Shown here: in pieces, positions 25,692-40,400 of the stretch | Layout: every line of letters starts with the position of its first letter | Numbering within the stretch: position 1 is the stretch's first letter | Assembly: GCA_025201805.1 (NCBI GenBank) | Contig: MU619259.1 | Location: 7,355-71,354, forward strand | Direction: 5' to 3' | DNA length: 64,000 nucleotides | From: Parasitella parasitica NRRL 2501 | Taxonomy: Eukaryota; Fungi; Mucoromycota | Position numbers and translations under genes: made by a program | Notes under the pieces: generated by a model | Seen by the model: the letters and a program-made list of their open reading frames with translations, nothing else | Told to the model about the DNA's origin: nothing | Database searches by the model: none

Positions 25692-28014
25692 ATGGATATC
25701 GAATCAGCCCCATTATTAACAAATAAATCTACTGGATCCAGCAAAAAAAATTATGGATACTGTCTTGGTGCCGCGGCCTTGATAGCTTTGGCTACTATTG
25801 GCATCAGTAGCGCTTTATCCAGCAATCAGGGTATAATTAGATGAGCTGCAAGGAATCAATTACTAAGTACACAAATTGTAGATGACTCTTTAGAAAGCCC
25901 TGTTGATTTCAGAGGTCGTTTAGTCAAAGGATCAAAAGGCGCTGTAGCCGTAGAAGCAGAGGAGTGCTCAAACATAGGTGTAGAAAGTATGACATCTCGA
26001 TATCTTTCTGACAGACTCTCTAAACACAAAATTCATCTGACATAGTCTTGAAAAAAGGTGGAAATGCTGTTGATGCAGCTATTGCATCCACTTTATGCAT
26101 TGGTGTTATTGACAGTTTTGCCACAGGTACGCTCTGAGTTAGTTGTTTCCAAAGCTGCTTTTAATTTTTCGCTGCATTTCTTAGGCATTGGAGGGTACTA
26201 TAGTAAAATGAAAAACTTACACTAGCTACTAATATGTCAGCATATCCCAGGGGTGGATTCATGTTAATCAGATCGCCGAATGGTACCTTTGAGTATATTG
26301 ATTTTAGAGAAACCGCTCCTGAAAAAGCATCTGAAGATATGTTTGTTCAGAATCCTGAACTAGCTAAAGTGGGTGCTCTATCCATTGCTGTGCCGTAAGT
26401 CTACTGCACCTTTTTGCACATGGCACAGAATGACTGAATACTTTTATGCAGTGGTGAGATACGAGGTTTAGAATTGGCCCATAAAAGGTAATATTTCATT
26501 CATAATATGACGTTGGGTTACCTAAAAATAATAGACATGGTAAACTATCTTGGTCTGAATTATTTGAACCCTCAATACAGATTGCCCGTCATGGATTCAA
26601 GGCTACAGAACTACTAGCCTTGCGTGTAGCGGTAAGAAAATTATCGTATGCAAGTTGATAAATATATTAATGCTGGCTAAAGACTGGATCAGAATGGATG
26701 AAAAATCTGACAGAGTGGTCAGATGTATACTACAGAGATGGGAAACCTATTAGACAGGGCGATATCATCAAACGGCTTCATCTTGCTGATACCTTGGAAA
26801 CCATCTCCAAATTGGGGGCCAATGAGTTTTACGAAGGAGATATCGCGAAACAACTTGTAAATACAATTCAATCAGCTGGTGGAATAGTAACATTAGATGA
26901 TTTCAAAGCTTATCGCCCTGCCATTCGTCGAACAATAAGTACTTGGTACAATGGCCGTAAAGTAACCACATGTTCAGAGCCTACAAGTGGCCCTGTGATT
27001 TTGAGTGTTCTCAACTTGATTGAACGATTTCAATTTAAAGTAGAAGGTTTAACAGGTCTTAATCTACATAGACTTGTAGAGGCACTTAAGTTTGGCTATG
27101 CGTTTAGAACTGAACTAGGCGACCCTGATTTTACTAGAAATGAGCCTAGAATAGATGAAATAATACAAAAAGAGTATGCAGCTGATATCCGACAAAAGAT
27201 TACAGTGAGTTTCCTATTAGCCAGTTTTTACTTACACAAGACTCATAATTCAATGATAGGACGAGGCTACACATGATCCGTTGTACTATAATCCTAAATT
27301 TGACCATATTGAATCACATGGTACGATGCATTTGTCTGTTGTCGATGAAAATGATGGCGCTGTAGCTTTAACATCTACTGTAAATCTGATCTTTGGTTCT
27401 CATATTATGGATCCAGAAACCGGCATCATCCTGAATGATGAAATGGATGATTTCTCCATTCCTGGGTAAATCTATCAATTATATTTAATACATTAAATAA
27501 TGGGGTATACGTACTAACCAATATGCATTAGTATTCCTAACATGTTTGGATTATTCCCGAGTGAGTATAATTATGCTGGCCCTGGAAAAAGACCATTGTC
27601 TTCCATCACGCCTACCATAATCGAAAAGGACTCGAAATTTGAAATGGCTATTGGCGGCTCAGGCGGTTCCATTATTCCAACTGCCACTCTTAATGTATGT
27701 CTATGTTTCATCATGCTATCCAGTGTTTAATTTTTATTATACAGGCAATTGTCAACGTTTTGGATTACGAGAATGATCTTTACACTGCTATTGCAGCCCC
27801 AAGAATTCATCACCAGCTATTACCAAACGTGGCTATTGTGGAAAATGGTTACTCTAAAGGCTTACAAGCAGAACTAGCAACGAAAGGCCACAAACTATTT
27901 ATGTTGCCACAAAATTACTCTGTCTCTGCAGTACAAGCTGTAAGAAGAATTACTGATGGCTCTCTGGAGGCAGCCAGCGATCCCAGAAAGATGGGCATAG
28001 CAGCAGCTTACTAA
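25692..28014 (+). CDS. Gamma-glutamyltranspeptidase, ~11 exons
   Basis: N-terminal TM anchor, GGNAVDAAIA, GIGGGGF, IDFRETAP, HGTMHLSVVD (nucleophilic Thr), LNDEMDDFS, PGKRPLSS, PRIHHQLLP and AASDPRK. Confidence 0.93.
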
Positions 28015-28471
28015 GAATACCTCCGAGAACCTAAATCTTGCAAGCTTAATAAATATTTTTATTTTCAAGTTGGTGAACTGTTACCTATAATGAAACTCAC
28101 GGAACCTTAACTCTTGCGAATTGCTATCCACATTAGGTCTAAGGCCTTGGTAATGTATCATCGAGGCTTCCTATTTTCGTCTCCTATACAAAAAGCTTTT
28201 GATCTTGGCGAAGATACCATCGTTGGATTGAAGATAGACAAAGGTTTTTTATTTATCAAACAGCCGAGAAGGGGAGCTGCCTTTCGATTGAGTTATCCAA
28301 CAGAGACACGTTGTGTTTTTTAGCACAAGAATGCGCCATAGATAGACTTGTATCCGATTTTGCTGTTTTTATTTTTGGTCTTTCGACTCAGCATAAAAAA
28401 GGTGTTTATTCAAAGAAAGACAGATATGCATTCTCTGTTATAGAAGAAGAAAAAAAGATTGTACGGTTTTT

Positions 28472-31400
28472 CTATCGATGATGTTGCTGGGTTTGTGCAT
28501 TGTAGCTGGCCACCATAGAAGCAGATATATTATCATTCATGGCGTCAAACATCATAGTTGGGCCGTATCTCATTTGACTTCCATATCCACTGATACCACT
28601 TGCTACAGATTGATGACCAGTGGCAATATACTCATCAGTCATTAAATGGCCCCCAGAAAATGACTGAGCAGAACCTGGGGTGGAATGTCTACGTGTATAA
28701 CCATTAACAGAGTGTCGACCACCATAAGGACTACCGCGATAGTTGGAGATCGCCACACTTGCATCGCTATAGTTGGAATAGCCGCCATGTAATGACAGTG
28801 GAACTAGACGATGACTACTATCTTGTGAAAGTCCATCACTATAGTTTTCAGAAAGCATAAACTTTTCGTATTGGGACCATGACATCAAAGGAATTGATTT
28901 GGGTTCGAATTCACCTTCATCACTTACGGTAATCTGTTTGCCCTTATCACCTACTACAACTCGAGTATTACCCCATGAGAAATCATCAAAATGCCAGTAA
29001 GAATAAATGGGAATATAGAACGAGAAAACAGGCAGTGCCAAAATTGACAGAAAGAACCAAGCAATATATTCCCAGCGACGGTTCATGATAAAGAGGAGAA
29101 TCTGTAGACCATATGTGCAGCCTAAAGTGGTGATGGTTATATATGGTATTTGGTTTTTTGCTTGGACCAATTTATAAATCAGAAACCCTAAATAACCAAG
29201 CAAAGCCGGTTGTACCAGCGTACTGATCAAGTCGAGCATAACCACAAATCGCATGGAGAAGCAACAGAAACCACAGAGTTTAGGCAAAAATACGAGTTCC
29301 CCCAAATTATGAACAGTAGAGTTGATCCAACGACGGCGCTGAGAGATCAAAATGTTCCAAGTATCAGGTGCATTTGTTTTACATTGAGCATTAGCATTGA
29401 ATTTGGTTTTATACGTGGGATGGTGTTTGAGCAGTAATGTTGTGAGATAACGATCTTCTCCAAGGTATAATAGGTTCTTTTTGTGTAGCGTATCAACTAT
29501 ATTGACGGTATAATCCTGGATAATTTCATTGCTGACAAATAGAGGGCGCTTCCCATCGACAGTGCGAATACGATACATAGTAAAGCAACCAGGCAAGCAA
29601 CTTACAGTCGAGAATAATGATTCAAATGCCTTGATCATATGATGAGAGATAAAATATTCATAGACTTGAATCATAGTGACCCAGGTGTCTTTTTCATTTG
29701 ACAGAGTAGTCTCGCCACAAACGCCAATAATCTTTGCATCATGCGACATACTCGAAACCAGATAGCTGAGACCTGTAGGCATTACTTCTGTATCAGCATC
29801 CACCATAAGGACAAAGTCATACATTTCTGGACTCACGCCGATAACGTTTTTCATTTGATGGTACACCTCAAGTTGCATAGGGTTCATAGGTGCGTCGTAT
29901 TGGGCACGATTAAGAAATTGCATGAGCACTAATTGAGAATCACGCTTACCACGATTGCCAGGCTTTTGCCGTTCGTTGGGGCCGCCAACTTTGGCAATTA
30001 CAATATAGGGAACCACATGACCGCCAATCTCATATAGGCCAGAATAAATCTTTGCTCGATTATGCTGCTTCATGCCCTCACCGAGAGATATAAATGAAAG
30101 GGCCTCGGGATCTACTAGAGGGTCTACTCCAAAAATGTCCAGTACGATACGAGGTGTTGGGCGGTCATTGCCACTACCAATAATCATGCCATCACAAATA
30201 ACCATAATCAGTTTACGCTTATCATCATAGCGCAAGGTAGCCAGCGAGTCGATTGTTTTACGCAGTGAGTCTTCATCTTCCGTGTAGCATGTCACTTGAC
30301 AAATCACAAACTTGTCCAGTTCTTCAGGCACACTAGCACTGCCGATACGAATAGCCGCAATAAACTTAAAGAATATTACGACACACAAGCAGATGGTTAC
30401 GGCCAGCAAAAAGTAGGTAGAGAATTGGCATTTCTTGGAATTACGCTGATCCACCATGCCTACAAAATACAAGCTCCTAATACAAGCAAGCTCTCGGTAC
30501 TTTTGGTCTGTACTGAGGCTGAGAGCATTAAATTTATCTGTAAGATCCATGCCTGCGTTGGTTTCAAACAGGTCAACCACTTGCCGATCCAAAAAATCAG
30601 TACTAACATCTGAAGGCGCTGTCCCATTATTAGGCGCTGCCAAGTATCGACCACCCATCAAATACGTAGTAAGATCGTAGATATGTTCGTCAATAACAGC
30701 CCACTGACGATTCATAGAGACACCATTCAATGTGTAAGCACCTTGAGCTTGATCTTGAATGCCCTTCCACTCGACACCCATATTGCCCTTCTTGTAGTTG
30801 CGACGAAGCATGGTGATTTGATTATAGTACCAATTGGGTCGATAATTGCCAGAAGCATATCTGAAGTCGTGATATTGGGCATTGGTATCTGTATAATTTT
30901 TGTTGTAATCCAAAGACACATAGGGAGAGACGTTTTCACAGAGATCAGAGACCTGAACGGGGAATAAATCAGTGGCATCTTTACCAGCATAAGCAAGAAC
31001 TGAACTTGTAGGGACAATACTTGGATAATGGTGCGGCGCATAGCTGCCTAAATCAAATACTTCGCCGCGAATAGCGACATAGGCATCAATTTCAGAATTA
31101 TGGGAAGCAAGTTCGCTTGTCGAAAATACAGCTTGATTGGGACAAATGATTTCACCAAAAAATACCAAGAACCATATAACAAAACCGCACATAAAAGTAA
31201 TAATCATACAAAGAACCACCTTTTCACGCCATGCAATACGGACATCCTTGCGCTTCATTCGGCCCAATTTAACTAGCAAAATCTTGGGTATCCACCAAGT
31301 CATAAACCTTACAAACCACAGCCAACGCTTTCTTCCAGGTGTCATTGTGCTTTCTTTCTCATCTGTGGCATTAATATCTTCTTTTGGTGGATCCATTGGC

Positions 31401-34146
31401 GTTGAAAACGTGCAGTTAGCTGTTGAATAATCTTGCTGATTGAAATAGTTACCAAATCTTGAGTCTGTGTATTGACTATTGTTGTAAAAAGAACCTCGAG
31501 AGAAGTGCTGTTGCTGATAATGGTTATAATCATCGTCCGAATAGAGCGATTGACTTGTATGACTAAATGCAGCATTAAATAGCAAAGGAAGGGGTTCAGG
31601 TATCGTGTTTTCCATAGTTGCTGTCGCTGTAGGAGGGATGCCTCTTGTTTGTATGTTCATACCCTCTTCACTGTTTAATACTGTAGGCATATTCGAATCG
31701 CATATTTTTAGGTTATTTTGCTCTTGTTTTTCCAGCGCACGCAACTTTTCTTCCAACATGTGCCAGCTGCCATAGCTTAGAAATACCTATATATTAGAAC
31801 ATCAGATGAGAATACATGTGAAAATGCACACTTTATATGTAAATTACCTTGGTTACACCGAGAGCCATGTCAGTATCTGTCCATCTGTTTATCTCTTTAA
31901 TTGATGCACATTGTTCTTGTGCAGAGCCACTATGATCCAGTCCCATGTTACTAAAAGGAAGAGCGTATCTGGATAGAAATCTTTGATGTGTCAATGATAC
32001 CATGTAAAAATGCTTCATTTTAGTTGTCATTTTATCGAGATTAAACCCCTTGACTTGCGATTGTACCAACAGATCATCAAACAGAGTAGTGCTCCCAGTA
32101 GTGTTGGGACGAATACAATACACACACCAAATCATGGCCTCTTGAAATGAGCCAACCAGATCATCTAATGCTGACTGAACTTGAGCAAGTACAGTTTTTT
32201 TACTGCTGGTATCTAGCACTGATTGGGATTGTTTTTCATCCCCCTCTAGCTTGCTTGCCTCTATTTTTCTTTTACTTTTTCGCATGGATGGAAGTCTTGT
32301 GGGTTTAGCTGATTGCTGTGCTCCAACCAGTTTAGATATAGTATCAAGTGGATGGCTACCAGTAGCTAAATTCTCATCTGAAAAAAGGCCCAAAACAAAG
32401 CTATTACAAGAAGCAGGCGTATCAGCATTGCCACGGATCAAAGATACGAAATCGACCAAGAGTTGATTGTTGTTTTTTGATATAAATCCAGTGGGTTCGT
32501 ATATTACTTCACCAGAATAATGTTGAATAGTGAATTGGCGTGTGTTTTTTTCTGATATTTTGGATGAAAATGATAGATTTTCAGAGCTGTATTTTGTGAT
32601 AGCTTCAACTGCATTATCGTCTGTAAAGATTCGTTTCCCACTAATAGTCTTTTCTGACATTTTATTCAAGATGGCATTAATACCTCTTGCTGGCTTCTCA
32701 AATAAATCAATGCATGTCGAGTTATTGTTGTAAGTAACTTGAGGCAATTGTATTGCTTCTGATTGAAATTCTGCATTGTCTGGCTCAAATGTGCGATCTT
32801 GTATAAATTTATACATTCTCTCATTGGCATAGTCAAAACAAAATTGCTCAAATCCTACTGATCCAAACCCAGAGGGTTGTGTTCCGGGAAAATCCAATAC
32901 ACCGATAAAACTGTTGAACTGGTTTGTGTAGGTCTTTTGATTGATATGCTCTACAAGCCACGAGAACAGCAGAGAGTACAATGTTTGCGCGAGCTCATCT
33001 CTTTGAGCCGCTGCCTGTTCCGCATTCAGAATCAGTGTTGTCACATCCTTGCCAATCAAGATTGTTTTAAAAGTTAAAACACTTTCTAATGCCCGAGTGT
33101 CTAGACCTAATAACTCAGAAACAAAATCTAGCATTTCCCGGTTCTTGATAGTAACTGATTCGTCTGTAGCACTCTGGCCAGTAGGGTCAGCAAAGGTGAT
33201 GTTACCCAAATGTAGTATAGCAGCTAGCAATTGAACAATGCGGTTGAAATGTTCGCCTCGAAAGCCTGCAGTTCGCATTGCGCCCTTGAGTTTATTGTAT
33301 TCATTTCCATCACCAGATTGCAAAATTCGCCCATATTTAGCAAGATAATGATACGCTTTGGGATCATCTTTGAGTTGCAGCACTTGTTTTTCATCGGGTT
33401 CCGTTCCGGCTAAAAGCCAGTAAAACACATTGAAATTGCCTTCGCTCAGTTTGCCACTGCATACACGAGATTTCTCCAGAAAGTAATGCAATGCCTTTGC
33501 ACCGACCATCTTGCCACGTTCGTTATAGTGGGTTTCAACGTAAACACCGTATCTAGATGCAGAGCTCTCATTGTATGAAGTCTTTGCTGACCCAAATGCA
33601 CGTAAAACCTCTTGGCTGCTGATGATTTGACCTTGAACCTTTGACCTCTTTTTATTTGCACTTAGACGAGTCAAATGTCGAATGATTAAGTAGCTAATTT
33701 CAGTTTTTCCACTGCCAGACTCACCACTACGGAAAAATGAAACATACGGGATATGAATATATAATTAAAACATGATAGGAATTATATCTACATTACCAAA
33801 CAAATATGGATTGATCATTACCAGTACGTCTCATATGAAAGTAAGAGCGGTTGACAAGTTTGAATACATGAGGATTAAGCTTATTAGTGACCAGATCTTC
33901 GGATAAGGTGTTCTTGTACGATGTAACATAGTCATCACTGGTCTGTGCATCATTTTGTGCTAATTCCTTGAACGGGTTAATCGCAACAAGGTTACATGGA
34001 CCAATGTCAGTGTAGACATTGTAGCTCAAGAACTTTTGATGCAGGATTTCTGCCAATTGCCTGTCTGTCAAATTATCTGCTGTTGACAGGTCATTGATGG
34101 CATCGTTGGATTGAGGAAAAGGATGTCTAAATGGCATTTGGCACAT
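28472..34146 (-). CDS. Chitin synthase with an N-terminal myosin motor domain (class V type), 3 exons
   Basis: Myosin P-loop SGESGSGKTE, FLEKSRV, DFPG; cytochrome b5-like domain; GT2 motifs TCYTE, VDADT, CLPGCF, LGEDRYL and QRRRW. Confidence 0.95.
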
Positions 34147-34811
34147 AAAGAAACAAACAACAGACGTAGAAATACAGCTGTTGGCCTTGCAGATATATAT
34201 TTATAAAAACAATGAGAGAAGGAAAAACAAGAGAGAGAAAGAGAACGGGAAAGCTAAAAGGGGATTGATTTTTCCATTGCCCAAAAAGTGCGAGTCAAAA
34301 CCAGTTACCCTCATTGGCAAAAATGTTGACAGTAGTTATTGATGCTGTCAATACCATTATTTGGCCAATTTTACAGTGAAACCTCTCTCTCGATGCTATC
34401 GCAAAAGATTGATTAATTGCTAACAATATCTCACAAATAAAAATCATGTCTCTATCACGAGGGTAGAGAAGCTCCTAAATCGAATGTGCCGAGTATGATT
34501 CAACATACAATGTATACTTTCATCCTGAATAAAAAAATCAGTCAGTTACCTCAAATTTTTATGATATAAGCTTGAGATGTTTCATGTAGATATATATCAT
34601 ATAATCGTTGCGAGATGCCAAGGTATTATATACTATTACATTCACAAATTGCCCCGCTCCGCCTTTGTTGAGAATGACAGGTGCGTTTGTGTTACAAGTA
34701 TTACATGGTCAGTGTAACAAATATTATACAGTCAATGCAATTTGTATTTTATTATAAATAGTGAGAAATGAAAGAGAATCAACCCTATAAAAAATATATT
34801 CTATGTTATGC

Positions 34812-36308
34812 TCAACAACATTTGCTTTGGTTATGGCATATAGGCTTTCTGTGGTGATAGCCATGGTGGCTGCAATTATTAAAATTCGTACTTGTATAAT
34901 GCTGCTTTTGTGGACAACAAGTATTATTATTGTTATGGTATTGGCGCTTTATCAGTGTATGATGTGGCTGGTGGTGTGAGCAATGTGATGGCATCTTTTC
35001 TTGATGCTTTTGGGTATCTTCATCATTGAGTAGGTCAGTAAGATCAGGAACAGAGCCATATTTTTTCGTATTAGCAATACGCCGAGTATCTCTTTTTAGC
35101 TTTGATGATTTACTTGCTTCATTAATGCTGACGAATTGTTGATACTGATGCTGTTGTTGTTGGTATTCTTTTATTCCCGCCAGCCTTTGTCTTGGATACT
35201 GAAGATGATTTGCATTCATCATTTCAATTTGAGGGTGTGTTTGTCTTGTATGCAGCTGAACATTGTTGTCTATATAAAAATTGCGGTTATCAGCAACAAG
35301 TATGGCTGTTGATGGTGGCCTTGTTTGCTGATAGTTGACAGAGTGGTTGTTGCTTAAAATATTTGTTATTAATGGCCTTCTATCAAATGGGTCGGAGGTA
35401 AAAGTGCTGTTGGACGCTGATTTAGTAGGGATGACACGTTTCTTTTGGTTAATTAATGGTATTTGAACTCTGATGGATACTGGTGGTGGCGATGACGGCA
35501 GCGACGTATGCTGAGCTGGATGCATTCGCTGACTGTTGAAAACGTTTGCCTTTTTTGAAGGGGGATCAACCACAAGAATGTTTGGCGATGGTGCTGGTGA
35601 CCATTGCATAGACCGACGATACTCTTGCCTATGTCTTTCTTTCATTCTTGCCATTGCTAATCCAGGCACAGTTTTTGTGGTAGCGTTTACATGAACAGGT
35701 TGCTGTTCATGAGGATGTCGATTTACCAAATCAATTAAAGGTACATCTTCACTTAATTTTTTGCTCGAAACCATCTGGTAACTCTGTGGGTCCGACCTTG
35801 ATAGAGGGTGTAAGGGCACAATTTCCTCAGTAGAAGATAGAGATGTCAAAGAAGAGTCAGACGAATCGCTTTCTTTGGATGATTTTGTGCAATTACTAAT
35901 AGTAGATTCTTCTAATGGCGACTTGATACTATCACCAGCATTACTACCACTAATATTGCTATCCATTGTAGTATTGATTCTAAATGAAAACTTTGAGGTT
36001 TTCGGGCTGCCACTGTTAGAGGTTGACTTGAGCCTCAATGAGTGTCGTATTGTATCTTTCGATCTACTAGAATCATCTCTTGTTGTCAGTGGGATCAATT
36101 CATTGAAAATGTCTTCTGAAAGGCTACTCTTGGCGATATCAGAGATAGAGCTTCCCACCATCATGAAAGAATCGGAAATTGGTGAATGATAGCTTGTATC
36201 CGCTGCATTTTGTTCTAGATTATTCATTGCCACAGATGGAGGAGTAAAAGGTACATTGCCAGCTTTACAAGCAGGTTTTGATTTCTTTCTAAAATTCAAG
36301 AATCCCAT
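34812..36308 (-). CDS. Hypothetical low-complexity (Ser/Gln/His-rich) protein
   Basis: 498-aa single ORF starting MGFLNFRKK. No recognisable domain; a short ordered motif LAMARMKERHRQEYRRS. Confidence 0.75.
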   Translation of the reverse strand: MGFLNFRKKSKPACKAGNVPFTPPSVAMNNLEQNAADTSYHSPISDSFMMVGSSISDIAKSSLSEDIFNELIPLTTRDDSSRSKDTIRHSLRLKSTSNSGSPKTSKFSFRINTTMDSNISGSNAGDSIKSPLEESTISNCTKSSKESDSSDSSLTSLSSTEEIVPLHPLSRSDPQSYQMVSSKKLSEDVPLIDLVNRHPHEQQPVHVNATTKTVPGLAMARMKERHRQEYRRSMQWSPAPSPNILVVDPPSKKANVFNSQRMHPAQHTSLPSSPPPVSIRVQIPLINQKKRVIPTKSASNSTFTSDPFDRRPLITNILSNNHSVNYQQTRPPSTAILVADNRNFYIDNNVQLHTRQTHPQIEMMNANHLQYPRQRLAGIKEYQQQQHQYQQFVSINEASKSSKLKRDTRRIANTKKYGSVPDLTDLLNDEDTQKHQEKMPSHCSHHQPHHTLIKRQYHNNNNTCCPQKQHYTSTNFNNCSHHGYHHRKPICHNQSKCC

Positions 36309-37442
36309 GTAGGAAATAAATGAAAGTAGTCAAAATTTTGGTCAAGCAACACCTTTTGCTTTTATACAACATCTTTATATACTCGAGAAGGAGGGGCTTA
36401 CATGTTCTCTTTATCCTCCTGCAGATGCTTACTGGTAATGATTTGATACATATGTATGAGTACATACAGAATTTGCAAGTACCATTGATAGCGGTGTAGA
36501 TAGTGTACATTGGCACCATGATGTAGCGTACACATTGAGGTAGAGAACATCAATAAGCCCTTGATTTCATTTTAATCGCATTAATCACTTGTTTATGTGG
36601 TTTGCAATAGGAGGAATTTTTGAGAAGATTTGATAGCACTTGCTATACATTACATGTACATCTTGTTGTATGCTTCACGTTACATACACATATGCTCTTT
36701 GTAACAGTGAGAAGCTTTATGTATAAAGTAGAGCGACACCAAAACTAACAAATTGCTAAAATGTATAAATATATTCGATGTTTTTTTTTGCTTTTCTCTC
36801 TCTCTCTCTCTCTTTTTTTTTCCTTTTTCTGAAAGTTCTTCCAAGATTGAATATTTTGGTTTTCATTTACATATAAATCGGTCATTGTACTAATCCTGAT
36901 TCTTATAACCCCTTTTTTTTCCATGTAGAGAAACTAAAGGAAAAACTGTACTATATATACAATTATTTCTTTCTTTCTCCTGGGACTGGACGTCTACAAA
37001 GAATTGTATAATAGGAGCCCCTTTTGCTTTAAAAAAAAAACTCAATAAAATCAAAGATAAATAGGGAAATACATTATTCAATAGGAGTCAAATATTTCTT
37101 ACAATCATTCATTTCACAGTTTAGTGAAAACCTGGTAAGTGCATGTATATTTTAATTAGAACAACATGTAAAGAACTTTAACAACTTGATTATACAATAG
37201 TTTAGGGTTAATCAAGGGCAAAACAATCAAAGAAAGAAAGAAAGAAGAAGTGGAGGGGGGAGGGGGTGGGCGGGTAAATTAAGAGATGTGGAGAATGACA
37301 CAGAAAAAGCAGGGAAGTCAAAAGCAAGCTAGTAGTCATGTATAATGAATCTTTGCAAAAAATCTAATAAGTATTGAAAAAGTACAACAAAATACATGCC
37401 ATGTATGATCAAAAAAACAAGCCGAACGCTTTAATTAACGTC

Positions 37443-40400
37443 TTACATCATATAGCTTCCAACATCAATATATCTAAAAGCAGAATGTTTCATGAACTCT
37501 TCCAACAAGTCACTGGTGGTAGTAAACTCTTCTTGTCGATGCTGAGAAATACATTTGATTGTTTCTGTTGAAAAATAAATAAATAAACTAAGACACAAAC
37601 TTACGGCAAAACCACCGCTAGAGTACATTACCTGATAGGAAAGATAACTGGTCATAAAGCTCTTGAGCAGAATACTACATATGCTCAGTATCAGTATATC
37701 AGGTGCTATAAATACAAAGTCGACTTACTTGGCGAACTAAACGACCCACACAACCCAACTGCAAACATGATTCATTATCAATTGGTAGTTGTTCTCTGGT
37801 CTGAAACCCACAAGATGATACCGTACATTGATATGGACTATCGTAATATTTCTGTATATATCTTCGTGCGGAGTTCAATGTTTGACAGTGAACAATAGCT
37901 GAGCATAATGCTTCACCGCAAAGACATGTTAATCCATGTGTATCGTTATCTGATTTGCTGTATGCTATGGTATAATTGCAGGATGGGCATCTGAACTTCA
38001 GACTTTCACAATTGCGCTGATGGTCTTCGGGTTCAACGAGTTCAGATATTGAGGAGCTGCCGTCTTCGTTATATAATTTCACTGGTACCTGGTCAACTTC
38101 CACAATCCCATCAGCATCGGAGGGTGGTTCTGAAGTAATGTTTTGAAGGCATTTTGCCAATTTATCTCTATCGGTTCCCTCTAAAGGCATGCAAATCCTA
38201 TCAACAGATGGAAGAACTTGTCTCAACAGATACCATTCTTTGTCTGGCATCAATTAGCAATTAGTACAATGAGCTTACACGAGGATCAAATGCATACCTA
38301 TTACAGCTTTGCCGCCATGCACATCATCAGGCATTCGTGGTTCTCTGCCATCTCCATCGGATGCCGTTTTCTTGCAGTAAATGTAAGGAATCGTGTCTCC
38401 TGCCTTGACAGCAATGCCAGACCTTCGCATATCTTTTGCAACAATAACGTGAGGGTGTCGTTTTGCAGTGCAATACTCCTCAGGTGATTTAGTCAGTTGC
38501 TATTAAAAGTGAGTTAGGCTGATTGTCCTCTTACAAATATTGGCCTGTTACCTTTCGAATGATATAGTCATCCACCGGTACCTCAGAAGAATGAACTTTG
38601 TGTGCCACTGTCTTCATGTACTCGTGGATGCTATCGACAATGATTTCTTGAGGATCGTTTGCCAAAACGATTTGCAAAACACGTCTGTCCAAACATGTTT
38701 TTAGACATTAACTCAACACATCATGCAACCCAACCTACTCTGACGTGCTGCGAGAAAGATCGCATCCATCTCTGCGTACTATATCGATGCCTTTTACTTC
38801 CAATTCTTCTTTATATAAGCCGTTGGCTTGCTTCATCACAACCTTGGCTGCATACTTTTTCTTCCGCAGCAACAAGGTGCGTCTGAACACACCATCAATG
38901 TCGATTTCTAGCATCTTGAATCTCAAGTTTACCCTATTTTTGAGGTCCTGGCCGATCTTGTTTGCTTTTGAAAATACTGTTTCGTTAGTATTGATCATAA
39001 TCGAATCCGTGTCGCCGTAAATAACATCCAGGTTTGCTTGCTCCGCCATGTCTACTGTTTTTCGAAGAATATCTCGGCCTTTGGCTGTGATGAATGCCGC
39101 TAAAGGTTTTGCAAAGAACCTGGAGTGGCTAGAGCCAAGACAGCCATACATGCTGTTTGCTGTTAACTTGAGGCCCATTTGCTCAATTTGGCATTGCGCT
39201 TTTTCTGCTTTAGATAAACCAGGATTGCTCATCATATGCTTGACTCTTTTACGACGATCAACAAACATTTTTACGAGCCCAGGTAAAATACCCATTGTGT
39301 CCTGTGAGGGGGGAGCTTCAGGTTCACGATCGCCATCGAGATCCATTGTCGTAAAACAAACGTTGAACTCTTGCATAATAGACGGGTATAGACTGTTGAA
39401 ATCAAGCAGCAAGACATATTTGTCATATAAGCCTATCTTTGGATCGAGGACCAAACCACCTTCGAAAGAAGGGTGTTTTCCATGCGTATTTCTCGATCGC
39501 CCAGTAGCTGGCAGTTCGAGTTCCAGAGCTTCATCTGCAAATTCAAATACGCGTTTCTTTAGAGCTATGGGCTTATCAGGACAGATAAAGCCTTTCCCGT
39601 GAAAGGTATGCAGCAGCAAATATTCGTTTCGCTCAGATCTGGCACCATGTATGCTGCGAGACCAAAGATTGCCGGCTAAATTAGTCAATTGCTTGCTAAG
39701 AGGCAGGATTTGAAGCTTGGCCATGAGTGCAAATGCCAAATAGGCGTCTAATGAACAATGCTTGGCTAGGTGAAGAATGCTAGCCCCAGTTTCAAAGCAA
39801 GCATCAAGCTCTTGAGGCTTGATGTCTTGACGGATAATATCAAGCTGGGTCTTGGCAAGTTCCGAAAGATGAAATGATTTACTTTTGATCAAATCTTGGG
39901 ACGCTTCAAATGTGTCGCATACAATTCGACCGCGCATGTGCAATCGTTGGTAAAAGGTGCTGCTTACAGATCCATCAGAGTTACCAGAGGTCCTCGGGTC
40001 AGACTTAGATTTGAGTCTTCCTAGTTTATGCCAGTGTGGAACACTCAGCTTTTTCATCCTCGTAAGCAGCACATCGAGATCTCCACCGAAAAAGTTGTGT
40101 CCTGCAATGATATCAGGGTCATGCACATGGATTGCAGCTGCCAACAGCGGTGGGGGTTAGTTACATGACGTTTCATAGCATGCACTAAACAAACCTAGTA
40201 ATGAGCTAAGTAGGCCAAATTCAGTACTTTCAAGACGAATGTCGTGTTTACTATTTGGACCCTCCTTTTCAACCACATAACAAGCGTCTTGAGGATAGGA
40301 TGTGCCTACAGGGGGGCGAATGATCGTGCAACGTTTGCCATTCCAGCCTTCTTTGTGATCCAAGATTTCGATACTCACTGATTATAGTAGATTAATAAAA

